DNA from: Bdellovibrionota bacterium
Lineage (GTDB): Bacteria; Bdellovibrionota; UBA1018; UBA923
Direction: 5' to 3'
Length of the DNA: 64,000 bases
Assembly: GCA_040754655.1 (NCBI GenBank)
Contig: JBFMCE010000002.1
Span: 9,436 to 73,435, forward strand
Positions 39,100-48,787 of the stretch are shown piece by piece (position 1 is the first letter of the stretch; each line of letters begins with the position of its first letter). The notes beneath the pieces were generated by a model. The model was not told the origin of the DNA, searched no databases, and saw nothing but the letters and a program-made list of their open reading frames with translations. Made by a program: the position numbers and the translations under genes.

Positions 39100-39537
39100 A
39101 TGGATGCAATCGAGCTACTCAAAGACGATCATGAAAACGTAAAGAATCTGTTCGATCAAGTCAGAACGGCAGATGGCGTTGACGAGAAACGAGAACTCTT
39201 CGAAGAAATCCGAGACGAGTTGCTCTTGCACGCTCACATTGAAGAAACGATTTTTTATCCGGTGTTTCAAAACAGGGATGGCTTCCAAGAGATCGTGAAG
39301 GAAGCCATTGAAGAACACCAAGAGATGAAAAAGCTTCTTCGTGAAATCAGCGACACCGAAGATGACGAGGAAATGGAAAGCATGCTCGAAGACTTGATCG
39401 AGTGCGTAGAACACCATGTTGAGGAAGAAGAGACCGAATTTTTCCCCAAAGTCAAAAAGAGCCTCGATCAGACCGAAATCAATGAACTGGGATCAAAACT
39501 CGAGCAAGAAAAAAAGAAGAAACCGCTGGCTGCCTGA
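39100..39537 (+). CDS. Hemerythrin/HHE-domain protein
   Basis: MDAIELLK.DH, HAHIEETIFYP, EEH, HHVEEEE..FFP; RBS AGGAG. Confidence 0.92.
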   Translation: MDAIELLKDDHENVKNLFDQVRTADGVDEKRELFEEIRDELLLHAHIEETIFYPVFQNRDGFQEIVKEAIEEHQEMKKLLREISDTEDDEEMESMLEDLIECVEHHVEEEETEFFPKVKKSLDQTEINELGSKLEQEKKKKPLAA

Positions 39538-39666
39538 ACACAGTCAGAACAAGGTTACCGGAGGAGCCAAGCCATTGGCTCTTCCTTCCCTTGATTTCTA
39601 AAGACAGACGCGCGCTAAATCGGTAGCATGAAGCCGTACTGGACGGTACGATAAGAGAGTCGCGTC

Positions 39667-40458
39667 ATGCCTATTAGAAGTAAGAAAAAAGAACTTTGGG
39701 TCGTGAAGTCTGGGAGCAATTTGATTTGCACCGGCGGTCCCCTGCTCATTCGCGCATGGATGCAGCAAGTCGCTGAACTCAAAAAGCGCAAGCGGATTTC
39801 AATCGTGTGGGTCACTTCAGGCGCCATCGCCTCGGCCATTGAACGCACCGGCCGCAGGAAAAAAAAGAAGCTCTCAGAGAAACAAGCTTTAAGCGCTATT
39901 GGCCAACCGATTGTGATGGAGTTGTATGATTTGGCCCTGCGGGCCAATGGATTACTGGGTGCGCAAATTTTGCTGACTTATGACGACCTGGCAAACGAGA
40001 AGCGACGCCAGAACTTCAAGAATACCGTATTTCAGCTGCTCGATTGGGGCATCATCCCTGTCTTGAATGAGAACGATGCTATTTCAACCGAAGAAATTCA
40101 GTTTGGAGACAACGATTCGCTCTCTGCTCGCGTGGCCGCAACGCTTCGAGCTGACCGCCTCGTCATCTTAACTGATGTCGAAGGCCTCTACGAATCGGAT
40201 CCCGCGAAAAACCCGAAGGCCAGGCTCATCGAATCGCTTCCAAGCGTAACTCAAGAGGTCTTGAGAAAAGCCTCACCGAGCTCGCACTCAGGCCGAGGCC
40301 GAGGAGGAATGTTCTCCAAGGTGAAAGCCGCGCAATTTGCGAGCCGAAATGGAGTCACGAGCTGGATCGTGCGCGGAGACAAGAACGCGGCTCTTTTACG
40401 AATAGCGGAAGATGCCGCTATCGGAACGAAGATCAGCCGGCAAAGGGCCAAGCGATGA
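39667..40458 (+). CDS. proB: Glutamate 5-kinase (no PUA domain)
   Basis: VVKSGS, VTSGAI, NENDA, FGDNDSLSA, LTDVEGLY, GGM.SKV.AA. Confidence 0.93.
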   Translation: MPIRSKKKELWVVKSGSNLICTGGPLLIRAWMQQVAELKKRKRISIVWVTSGAIASAIERTGRRKKKKLSEKQALSAIGQPIVMELYDLALRANGLLGAQILLTYDDLANEKRRQNFKNTVFQLLDWGIIPVLNENDAISTEEIQFGDNDSLSARVAATLRADRLVILTDVEGLYESDPAKNPKARLIESLPSVTQEVLRKASPSSHSGRGRGGMFSKVKAAQFASRNGVTSWIVRGDKNAALLRIAEDAAIGTKISRQRAKR

Positions 40459-41738
40459 CACGGCGGGATTCAGCCAGCGTTTCGACGGACGAAACGGAAA
40501 CACGTTTGATTGAGCTGAGAGAAGCTTGGCGCAGCCTCAACAAAGCCGAGACGTCGCGCAAAAACTTAGCGCTTCAAACCGTGGCAACGCAAATCGCGCA
40601 AAATAGAAGTAAACTGCTTGCCGCGAACCAGGCAGACTTAGAGGCCTTGCCCAAACAAACGACATCTGCATTTCGAGATCGCCTTGAACTCAATGAGGAA
40701 CGCCTCAAGAATCTCATTGAAGGCCTTGAACAAGTAAGCGCGCTTGAAGATCCCCTAGGGGAGGCGGTAGAAGAGAAGCGGCTCGGCAACGGGCTTGAAC
40801 TCAGACGCGTACGGGCGGCACTCGGAGTTCTATTCTTGATTTTCGAATCCAGGCCCAATGTCGCCATCGAGTCGTTCGCTCTCGCCTTCAAATCAGGCAA
40901 CGGCCTGATCCTGCGGGGCGGTTCCGAATCGATGCGCACGGTCGGCGTGCTCTATTCTGCAATTAAAACTGCTTTGGAAGAAACGGGTTTTGACCCAAAC
41001 GTCGTTTGGGGAATCACCGATGCTGACCGAGGCATCATCTCGACGCTTTTAAAATCTCAGAAGTGGATTGACGTGGTCATTCCGCGAGGGGGCGAAGGCC
41101 TGATCAAATTCGTGCAAGAAAACTCGGCTATTCCCATTTTAAAAAATGACCGAGGCCTGTGCCACACCTATGTTCATGAGGACGCTGACCTTGAAATGGC
41201 CCTCAATATCGTTGAAAACGCCAAGGTCCACCGCCCCGGGGTTTGCAATTCCTTAGAAACCGTACTCGTTCATCAAAAGATCGCAGCCGGTTTCTTGCCT
41301 CAACTCGCTCTGCGTTTGGAAAAACACCATGTTCAATGGTTTGGATGCTCGCGCACCTGTTCAGTCTTGAAGGGAAGGAAAGATCTTTCACTCGCTCAAG
41401 AGCAAAACTGGGATACCGAATACCTTGATTATAAAATAAACTGCCGCATCGTGAATGATCTCGAAGAGGCCTTGGCTCATATTGAGAAACATGGTTCGAG
41501 GCATTCCGAGGCGATTGTTACAGCGTCACATGCCGCTGCCGCTAGGTTTCAGGCAGAAGTCGATGCCGCGGTGGTGTATTGGAATGCTTCAACCCGTTTC
41601 ACCGACGGCTTTGAATTCGGGCTCGGCGGGGAAATAGGGATCAGCACTCAGAAACTTCATGTCCGCGGCCCTATCGGCTTGCGAGAACTCACGAGCAGCC
41701 GCTGGATCATCAAGGGGACCGGACAGATCCGCTCTTAA
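40455..41738 (+). CDS. proA: Gamma-glutamyl phosphate reductase
   Basis: FESRPNV, IPRGG, CN.LET, HSEAI, NASTRFTDG, GISTQKLH.RGP. Confidence 0.96.
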   Translation: MTRRDSASVSTDETETRLIELREAWRSLNKAETSRKNLALQTVATQIAQNRSKLLAANQADLEALPKQTTSAFRDRLELNEERLKNLIEGLEQVSALEDPLGEAVEEKRLGNGLELRRVRAALGVLFLIFESRPNVAIESFALAFKSGNGLILRGGSESMRTVGVLYSAIKTALEETGFDPNVVWGITDADRGIISTLLKSQKWIDVVIPRGGEGLIKFVQENSAIPILKNDRGLCHTYVHEDADLEMALNIVENAKVHRPGVCNSLETVLVHQKIAAGFLPQLALRLEKHHVQWFGCSRTCSVLKGRKDLSLAQEQNWDTEYLDYKINCRIVNDLEEALAHIEKHGSRHSEAIVTASHAAAARFQAEVDAAVVYWNASTRFTDGFEFGLGGEIGISTQKLHVRGPIGLRELTSSRWIIKGTGQIRS

Positions 41739-41755
41739 GCAGCGAGGAGATAAGG

Positions 41756-42568
41756 ATGAATTCTACTATTGGAATCCTAGGCGTAGGGAAAATGGGCGAA
41801 GCCCTTGCGGCTGGGCTTATTGCTGCAAAGAAAGGCTATAAAATCATTGGCACCACGCGCTCTCAAGCGACGGCAGCCGAGATCAAAAAGCGCCTTGGCA
41901 TTGAATGCACCACCGACAATCGAGATCTCGTGAAAAAGGCGAAGGTCCTTATTCTCTGCGTGAAGCCCAATGATGCACGCCCTGTACTTGAATCGTTGGC
42001 GCCTCAACTGACCAAAGACCATCTGATCATCTCGACATGCGCCTCGATCCAAACCGAGGCGCTTTCAAAGTGGGCCAGGCAAAAAACGCCGGTCATTCGA
42101 GCCATGCCAAACACCCCCTGCCTTATTCGAGAAGGCATGACGATTCTTGTCGCGGGCGCCTCGGCGAAAGCCTCGCACCTTGAGCATGCCGAAAAGATTT
42201 TCAACACCATCGGACGAACCACCGTGATCGATGAAACGTTGATGGATGGGGCAACAGGGCTCAGCGGATGCGGACCCGCCTATGTTTACCTGATCATCGA
42301 GGCTTTGAGTGAAGCCGGGGTGAAAGTAGGATTGTCTCGTGATCTTGCCACGCAACTCGCCGCCCAAACTCTGATGGGCGCGGCAAAAATGGTCTTAGAG
42401 CGCGGAGTGCATCCTGCTGCATTGAAAGACGAAGTGACCACGCCAGCAGGGTGCACGATCGATGGCCTAATGGCGCTGGAAGAGGGAAAAATTCGAGTCA
42501 CCCTGATCAAAGCCGTTCTTGCGGCGACGAAACGAAGCGAAAAATTGAGGAAGAACGCGCGGAAGTAG
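41756..42568 (+). CDS. proC: Pyrroline-5-carboxylate reductase
   Basis: G.GKMG, VKP, RAMPNTP, SGCGPAY, V.TPAGCT. Confidence 0.96.
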   Translation: MNSTIGILGVGKMGEALAAGLIAAKKGYKIIGTTRSQATAAEIKKRLGIECTTDNRDLVKKAKVLILCVKPNDARPVLESLAPQLTKDHLIISTCASIQTEALSKWARQKTPVIRAMPNTPCLIREGMTILVAGASAKASHLEHAEKIFNTIGRTTVIDETLMDGATGLSGCGPAYVYLIIEALSEAGVKVGLSRDLATQLAAQTLMGAAKMVLERGVHPAALKDEVTTPAGCTIDGLMALEEGKIRVTLIKAVLAATKRSEKLRKNARK

Positions 42569-42618
42569 CTCAGCCGGTTATAAGAATCGCCCTCCCCTTC
42601 CGATAAGAAAGAGAAGGG

Positions 42619-43833
42619 GTGCGCTTCGTGCCGACCATGTTTTGGGGTTTAAGAAAATTAAGACTGGAACTTGCTCTTGCGACCGTCGTCGCATGCGGCA
42701 TTTTGTGCCCACTGGCTTGGTCATCGAAAGTCGATCCCCCCTTATGCATGACATCCGCACTCCATTCAACCCGCAAATCTTTGCTCAGTGATGCCATCGG
42801 CAAGCTAGCCAGGCTTAAGATGAAAGAAGAGCGCACACGCATTCGCGCAGAGCTTGAGCGATCGAAGTTCGAGCGAGCGATGCAGCAGCCTGATCGGAAA
42901 GATATCGCAAGGCTACTTGAACCCCTGAGTGAAGCGCAAAAAGCGGAAACAGCCGCGGCAAAAGAGTTTGACGACACGGTGAATGAGATCGCTCACCTTG
43001 CCGACGTGCTCTTGAAAGACATGCAAAGCTCGCAAGAAGCAGGAATGATCACGGTCTTCATCAGAAAAAATCTCGAGGACGGAAACCCCGTTCCCGTGAC
43101 CGGCCGATACATCGGCCTGAGCGATTCCAAACCTCGGCGTTGCCGGATGGAAGTGCAAAAGGAAGACGGAACCCCTAAAGCAATTTCTTTTCACCCTTCC
43201 CTTCTCTCGCTTGAAGCGGCGCACTTCACCGGCGAGCGATATCCAGAGCTTGCATTGCCTGATCCTAGCGGCGCTACCCAGCTGCCTGACGTTGTCGCGG
43301 AAAAAGCACGGGCCGCTCGCGAGCAAAAGCAGCGCAATGAGCCAAGGGCAAAACACTTCATTGTGGATGATGAAGCGGCCGAACCGGATGCTGAGCACAC
43401 CAAGGTCAATCGCCCCTCTGTGCTGATTGCAGAGCCGCCAAAGCCCGCCGCTCCGATTCGCAATGAACAAGATTTCAAGAAGGCCTCTAGAAGCGCCGCT
43501 ACCGTCGCAGAGAGGCCTAATCCGCAGGCCGAAATTCCTAAACGCCTCGACACAATGGTCATGCGAGTAAGACAACGACCACCTCGGCCCGCAGCGCTTT
43601 CACAAAAATCGGTTGAGGACCTCTTTGCGAAAGCACGAGCTCAAAACAAGGATGGAAAAGGATTGCATGCTTTTCAACTGAAAACAGGCGAAAAAATTGT
43701 GGCAGAGACCTTGGTACGCGAAGGCCATGTCTTGATTCTTTTAAAGAACGTCGCGAGAAGTCCACAAATTCCTTCGATCCGAAGGATCGATTTCCAGGAA
43801 ATTGACTTCTCAAAACCTATTTTATTTGAATGA
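42619..43833 (+). CDS. Hypothetical exported protein (coiled coil, Pro/Ala-rich linker)
   Basis: 404-aa ORF with signal-like N-terminus; exact start uncertain. Confidence 0.55.
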   Translation: MRFVPTMFWGLRKLRLELALATVVACGILCPLAWSSKVDPPLCMTSALHSTRKSLLSDAIGKLARLKMKEERTRIRAELERSKFERAMQQPDRKDIARLLEPLSEAQKAETAAAKEFDDTVNEIAHLADVLLKDMQSSQEAGMITVFIRKNLEDGNPVPVTGRYIGLSDSKPRRCRMEVQKEDGTPKAISFHPSLLSLEAAHFTGERYPELALPDPSGATQLPDVVAEKARAAREQKQRNEPRAKHFIVDDEAAEPDAEHTKVNRPSVLIAEPPKPAAPIRNEQDFKKASRSAATVAERPNPQAEIPKRLDTMVMRVRQRPPRPAALSQKSVEDLFAKARAQNKDGKGLHAFQLKTGEKIVAETLVREGHVLILLKNVARSPQIPSIRRIDFQEIDFSKPILFE

Positions 43834-43839
43834 CCTCTC

Positions 43840-45534
43840 TTATTGCGCTGCTTGGGAACAAACGCTCGGATCAAGCTTTTGTCCAATTTCATAAATCCTG
43901 AAATTGGCATTTTGAAATGCCAATCCATAACGGCATCGAAAATAGGCCTCATCGGCCCGAAATTCGCGCAATTCAGAGGGGCCGATCGCGACATACTTGA
44001 TTTGGTGCAAGCTTAAGAGTCGTTCGGTATCAGGCGCGCCGCGGAATATACTTTCAATCTCACGGGCGCGTTGCTGATAATCAAACCCGTAGTTGTTCAC
44101 CCAACCCGGGTACCCCATCAAGACCGGACGCACTGCCCACATCATGATGGGATGGTTGTGAATGGTCGCGGTAAGAAAAACGTCCGTTGGCCGGGTCTTC
44201 TCGCGGATCTCTTTCGACAAACGGATATCAGCGTCGTCACTCAAACGAAATGTATGGCGTTCGACCCGGGCGAGCCTGTACACTTCAAGAACTCCGGTGA
44301 GCGTCAGGCACAAAAGAACGATCACTGAACTCGATTTCAAACCCCAATGCGGGTGACTGAACCCGCGCGCAAGCATCGAGGCCGCCACGACTGAGAAACC
44401 AAAGTAAGACCAGAAGAAGAGTTTTGAGTTGTCCCAATCGGTGGGTTGAAAAAGAATAATATTCGCGAGCGCAAAGGTAAGGAACAAACCCAGAATCAAG
44501 AGCCTCGAATGCCGAGAAGGTTGGTTTTTGAAATAGAAAACCAGCCCTACGAGCGCTACCGGCGCCATCAAACCCCAGATCCTCAACCACATCGCCATCC
44601 AGTCCAAAAAACCGCCTTTGACGGTCCATCCCCAGAAAATCTTCATGAAATTTGAATTGGCGATCCCGCCTGAGATGAACTTCAAATAAAGCATGAGCGC
44701 CAGCGCGCCAGCGGGTACTGCGCACCACAACCATGCTCTCCAGAAACGCAAGTTCCCTAGACATGCCAAAACGAGGCCCGGTGCGATTGCGATCAGGCTG
44801 TGCACATGAATCACGGGCAATGCACCCAATAAAATCGCGGAAGACAGGAAACGCCTCTTGGCTGACCGAGGCCGAGCCTTAAGCAAATCAAAGCCCCTTA
44901 AAAACAAAAACAGAGCCCAACTTGAGACCGTCATTCCAAGCAAGCCCGCGCGTTGAGGCACGAGGATAGCGACCAAGACATTGCCAGCCAACCACGAATA
45001 ACCCTCGATGCGCGTGTAATCTTTCGGGGGATAGGCGATCAAATCCCAACTGAAACTCTGTGATGCATGCCTGACAAAATCAAAAAAACCCAGCCCAGAC
45101 GAGAGAAGAAAGATCGAAATCGCAAGAAAGGCCTGCCAGCCCGAATTCAAAAGCCTTCGGCACAAGAAATAGAATCCGCACAAACATCCGATCGCGTAAA
45201 GGATCGAACTCAACTTCATCGCGCTGGGCAAATCAAGGCCCAACCGCATCAACAGCCCCGGAATCAGGTTCGTGACGAAGGGATAGGTGAATTTCCCCCC
45301 TGCATACATCGGATGGTAGGCGAACCACTGACTGGGCTCTTTGAGAGCAAAGATATTCGCCATGCCAATGTGAAGCGCCCAATCTGACCAGACGTTTTCA
45401 TGGCCCACGTACAACCCATCGTCCTTAAACCCAATGATCCGTGCAAAAAGCAAAACAAGATACGCTCCCCAACTGCAGAGTAAGAGGAAAAGCGGCGCAT
45501 GTTCTTGCTTGAGGATTCGTTTTAAGCTGAACAT
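43840..45534 (-). CDS. Polytopic membrane protein, probable GT-C-fold glycosyltransferase
   Basis: Many TM helices; WSDWALH, YPF, PQR, DNSK motifs; soluble C-terminal domain. Confidence 0.6.
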   Translation of the reverse strand: MFSLKRILKQEHAPLFLLLCSWGAYLVLLFARIIGFKDDGLYVGHENVWSDWALHIGMANIFALKEPSQWFAYHPMYAGGKFTYPFVTNLIPGLLMRLGLDLPSAMKLSSILYAIGCLCGFYFLCRRLLNSGWQAFLAISIFLLSSGLGFFDFVRHASQSFSWDLIAYPPKDYTRIEGYSWLAGNVLVAILVPQRAGLLGMTVSSWALFLFLRGFDLLKARPRSAKRRFLSSAILLGALPVIHVHSLIAIAPGLVLACLGNLRFWRAWLWCAVPAGALALMLYLKFISGGIANSNFMKIFWGWTVKGGFLDWMAMWLRIWGLMAPVALVGLVFYFKNQPSRHSRLLILGLFLTFALANIILFQPTDWDNSKLFFWSYFGFSVVAASMLARGFSHPHWGLKSSSVIVLLCLTLTGVLEVYRLARVERHTFRLSDDADIRLSKEIREKTRPTDVFLTATIHNHPIMMWAVRPVLMGYPGWVNNYGFDYQQRAREIESIFRGAPDTERLLSLHQIKYVAIGPSELREFRADEAYFRCRYGLAFQNANFRIYEIGQKLDPSVCSQAAQ

Positions 45535-45577
45535 AATAGGTTACGTGTTCAAGTCTAACATAAGCTCTAAAGATTGG

Positions 45578-46822
45578 ATGTGGTTCTATCTTATCCTCAC
45601 TCTCGCGCTAGGGTTGAAACTCTTTCGACTGGGCGAGCCTAAAGCCTATGTCTTCGATGAGGTTTATCACGGATTCACTGCGCAAGAGCTCGTGAAAGGC
45701 AACGTGTCGACCTATGACCCTTGGGCTAAACCTCCGGAAGGGATGGCCTATGAATGGACGCATCCTCCTCTCGGCAAAATCTTGATGTCTGCTGCGATAA
45801 AGCTTACCGGTGATGGTTTTTTTGGGATGCGACTCAGCTCGGCGATCTTCGGGACCCTCGTCATCGCGCTCACTTTTTTGATCGGGATAGAACTCCTGGG
45901 CTCAACCAGAGCGGCCCTCATCTCAATTTTTCTCTTGAGCATCGAAGGACTTGCCTTCGTGCAATCAAGGGTCGCGATGATTGACTCGCATTTTCTCGCG
46001 TTTGGCTTGCTTGGTTTGCTCTTCTACATCAAATGGAGAAAAGACAGGGAGAGGAAACTCTTCTTATCTTTGGCAGCGCTAGCCTTAGGCCTAGCGCTAG
46101 CCACCAAATGGAGCGCCATTTACCTCTTCGGCCTGCTCGGAGCCGACATTGTCTTGTTATGGTTCAATGCGCCGAGACGCCCCAAAGTTCGCACCGTTCT
46201 AAGCTGGTGGCTGGTTTTGTTCGGCATCCCGCCAATCATTTACCTGATTTCCTATTCACAATTTTTTTCATTTGGGTACAACTGGGCTCAGTTCGTTGAA
46301 CTGCAACGGCAAATGTGGTGGTACCACACGAACCTCGACAAGACCCACAGTTACCAATCGGTGCCATGGCAATGGGTTTTGAACCTCAGACCCGTTTGGA
46401 TGTACGTCAATCGCCCCAGCGAAAGCCAGACCGCCAATATTTATAACCTCGGGAATCCCGTCATTTTTTATTTTGGTCTCTATGCCATTTATCGATTGGC
46501 CAAGGATTTCAGGGCAACATGGAAATGGGAATACGGATTCATGCTGGGTGCGTATTTCATCTTATGGTTGCCTTGGGTGTTCTCGCCTCGAATCATGTTT
46601 TTGTACCACTATTTGCCTGCGGTGCCTTGGTTGTGTTTGGCGTCGGGCTGGGTACTTGAAAAATGGAGCCTTGATGCCGAGCTTTCTCGAAGGAAAAAAT
46701 TTCGCGTGACGATCGGGCTGGCGGCGCTATGGTTCGCAGTTTTTTATCCGCATTTGACCGCCCTACCTGTTCCGGTAAAGTTCGCGGATTCGGTCTATTT
46801 TTTTCTTTCAAGCTGGAGATAG
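45578..46822 (+). CDS. PMT-family (GT39-like) lipid-carrier-dependent glycosyltransferase
   Basis: FDEVYH, HPPLGK, G.R, SR.AMID, KWS, H.YQS.PWQW, GNP, FLYHYLP; start uncertain (45545-45578). Confidence 0.85.
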   Translation: MWFYLILTLALGLKLFRLGEPKAYVFDEVYHGFTAQELVKGNVSTYDPWAKPPEGMAYEWTHPPLGKILMSAAIKLTGDGFFGMRLSSAIFGTLVIALTFLIGIELLGSTRAALISIFLLSIEGLAFVQSRVAMIDSHFLAFGLLGLLFYIKWRKDRERKLFLSLAALALGLALATKWSAIYLFGLLGADIVLLWFNAPRRPKVRTVLSWWLVLFGIPPIIYLISYSQFFSFGYNWAQFVELQRQMWWYHTNLDKTHSYQSVPWQWVLNLRPVWMYVNRPSESQTANIYNLGNPVIFYFGLYAIYRLAKDFRATWKWEYGFMLGAYFILWLPWVFSPRIMFLYHYLPAVPWLCLASGWVLEKWSLDAELSRRKKFRVTIGLAALWFAVFYPHLTALPVPVKFADSVYFFLSSWR

Positions 46823-47221
46823 CTGCTGTTGTCCGAAGCCCTGTTGTTTTGAGCGTATTTGGTATTTACGAACCACTTCCAGCAAGGGATCCAGTCCGAT
46901 GGGTTTCTTTATGAAATCATCGGCTCCAGCGTTACGAGTGGCTTCGATATTGTTCCGGGTGGCAGAAAAGACAACGACCGGAACGCCCGCAAGAATCGAA
47001 TGGTCTTTTCGCGCTGCCAAGAACTCCCAACCGTCCATGATGGGCATGGTGAGATCGAGTAAAATCATGAACGGGTATGGACCCTCGATCGCGAGCTCAA
47101 GGCCTTCTTTTCCGTTAGCCGCAGCTAATACAGAATATCCTTCAAGCTCAAGAATTTCTTGTAAAGAAGACCTAATGTCTTGTTCATCTTCTATGATCAG
47201 AATTCTGTCATTATCCGCCAT
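46808..47221 (-). CDS. Single-domain response regulator
   Basis: IIEDE, LLDLTMPIMDGWEF, KP; RBS GGAGG. Confidence 0.92.
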   Translation of the reverse strand: MADNDRILIIEDEQDIRSSLQEILELEGYSVLAAANGKEGLELAIEGPYPFMILLDLTMPIMDGWEFLAARKDHSILAGVPVVVFSATRNNIEATRNAGADDFIKKPIGLDPLLEVVRKYQIRSKQQGFGQQQLSPA

Positions 47222-47371
47222 GCTTATGACCTCCGGTTTGGGCCCAAGATTCATAGAGACTTAGCTGAATTCTTTTCCGATTTCTAGACACATCGCGAAA
47301 TATGATGAGACCGCTTATACTCAATCACTGCGGGCTCGCGAAATAAGGGCTCTGGCGTATAATCATTAGAA

Positions 47372-47710
47372 ATGAAACTTTTATCCACATTCATGGCCTC
47401 CGGACTGTTTTTGTCACAATTGTTGTTTGCTCAAACCCCTGCCGAACTTGCTGAAACGGTAAAACAGCTAAAGAAAGACGTGGCCGAGCTTCGGCAAGAA
47501 GTACAAGCCTTGAAAGCCCAACGAATGAGTCCCGCCGCCGGCTTGAAGACTGAAGATTTGAACCATCGAACGTTTGACGGCGCGCAAAACCGACAAGGCT
47601 TCGGTCAAGGTCAGATGAGTTCGGAACAGCGAGAAGAGATGATGAAGAAAATGGAATCGCTCAAAAAGCTCTTGGACGAACGCGACGAAGCGCTGAAATC
47701 GATCGAGTAA
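47372..47710 (+). CDS. Secreted coiled-coil hypothetical protein
   Basis: Signal peptide, heptad repeats. Confidence 0.6.
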   Translation: MKLLSTFMASGLFLSQLLFAQTPAELAETVKQLKKDVAELRQEVQALKAQRMSPAAGLKTEDLNHRTFDGAQNRQGFGQGQMSSEQREEMMKKMESLKKLLDERDEALKSIE

Positions 47711-47714
47711 TTTC

Positions 47715-48401
47715 GTGTTGAACCTCATTTTCTCATTGGTTTTCATTTTATCGGCGATCCATGGCGACTCGAATGCAAAGCCCAAAAGCATCGCCGAATC
47801 ATTTCCCCCGGGTTCGGGTTCGAAATTCCTGCTTTCGATGGCAGATGGAACCTCGGCCAACCTTATCATTTCAATCGCCTCGTCTTCGTCATCACGCGTC
47901 GCCGTTGAATATTATTTCTCGTCAACCGATGCCCCGATAGAACTCTGGCAGCAATTCATCATCGAGGGGGCTGGGACGGCGCGCCTCCGAGTGGCCGAAG
48001 GGTATATTTACGCCAAAGAACTGAAGCACCCTGAACGCATTCCCAAAGATCACCTGACGGGAATCGACGAGACTGAGATCAATGAATTCTTATTCAGCAC
48101 ATCGATTCAATCGGCTGAGTTTAGAGTCGGCGAAGACGTCGTGCAAGTGCCCGCGGGGCAAGTCAGCGCGAAGAGATTCAAGAAACAGAGAGAGGGAGCG
48201 ACCCTCGAGTATTGGATCAGTGAGCAGGCAAGCCCGCTTGGCCTGGTGAAGCTCGTTTCAAAAGGGCCGAAGCCGGAACAGAATTATACGATTGTGCTTG
48301 GCTCGCTGGTAAAAAACGTAAAACCCAAGATCGATCCCTCTGCGGCCGAACCCCTCTCTGCAACTGGAAGAGGATTCCTTGCTCCTTTGAAAAAGCGTTA
48401 A
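47715..48401 (+). CDS. Secreted hypothetical protein
   Basis: Signal peptide; V.VPAG...YW....P.GLVK pattern. Confidence 0.6.
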   Translation: MLNLIFSLVFILSAIHGDSNAKPKSIAESFPPGSGSKFLLSMADGTSANLIISIASSSSSRVAVEYYFSSTDAPIELWQQFIIEGAGTARLRVAEGYIYAKELKHPERIPKDHLTGIDETEINEFLFSTSIQSAEFRVGEDVVQVPAGQVSAKRFKKQREGATLEYWISEQASPLGLVKLVSKGPKPEQNYTIVLGSLVKNVKPKIDPSAAEPLSATGRGFLAPLKKR

Positions 48402-48429
48402 TTCTTCGTGAAGACATCGTGAAGCCGCC

Positions 48430-48445
48430 GGGCATGTCAATTGCT
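48430..48445 (+). promoter_or_regulatory. sigma54-type promoter
   Basis: GGGCATGTCAATTGCT 25 nt upstream of the DUF1328 start. Confidence 0.6.
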
Positions 48446-48470
48446 TGGTTCAAACGAGAAGGGGGTATAT

Positions 48471-48653
48471 ATGCTTCGAGCGGCTATATTCTTTTTTATA
48501 CTAGGATTGGTTGCGATGTTTCTCGGCATCAACAACATCGCAGGAGTTTCAATTGAACTCGGAAAGCTTCTCCTATTCGTATTCTTGGGACTCGCGGTGG
48601 TATCCATTGTCGTCTCTTTGGTCACAGGAAGAAGAAGCGGTCCACCGGTTTAA
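48471..48653 (+). CDS. DUF1328 (YtjA-like) small membrane protein
   Basis: MLRAAIFFFILGLVAMFLG...IAG...K.L.FVFL; RBS AAGGGGG. Confidence 0.88.
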   Translation: MLRAAIFFFILGLVAMFLGINNIAGVSIELGKLLLFVFLGLAVVSIVVSLVTGRRSGPPV

Positions 48654-48659
48654 GATGGA

Positions 48660-48713
48660 CGCGCCTCAAAAATCCCCACCGATCGCCCTCGCGTCCGGGG
48701 TTTTTGAGGCGCG
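48660..48713. terminator. Long stem-loop after DUF1328 (terminator or RNA processing/stability hairpin)
   Basis: CGCGCCTCAAAAA(T)CCC / GGG(G)TTTTTGAGGCGCG, ~17-bp stem, no U-tail after the stem. Confidence 0.5.
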
Positions 48714-48787
48714 AAATCCAGTCCTTCACATTTTTACAACGCCCTAAACTCGTTGACAAAAATGGATGCGGTTCTAAACCCTAATTC

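Noticed and set aside
39667..40458. proB as a truncated pseudogene
   Set aside because: PUA-less glutamate 5-kinases are common; catalytic motifs are intact and the stop is coupled to proA.
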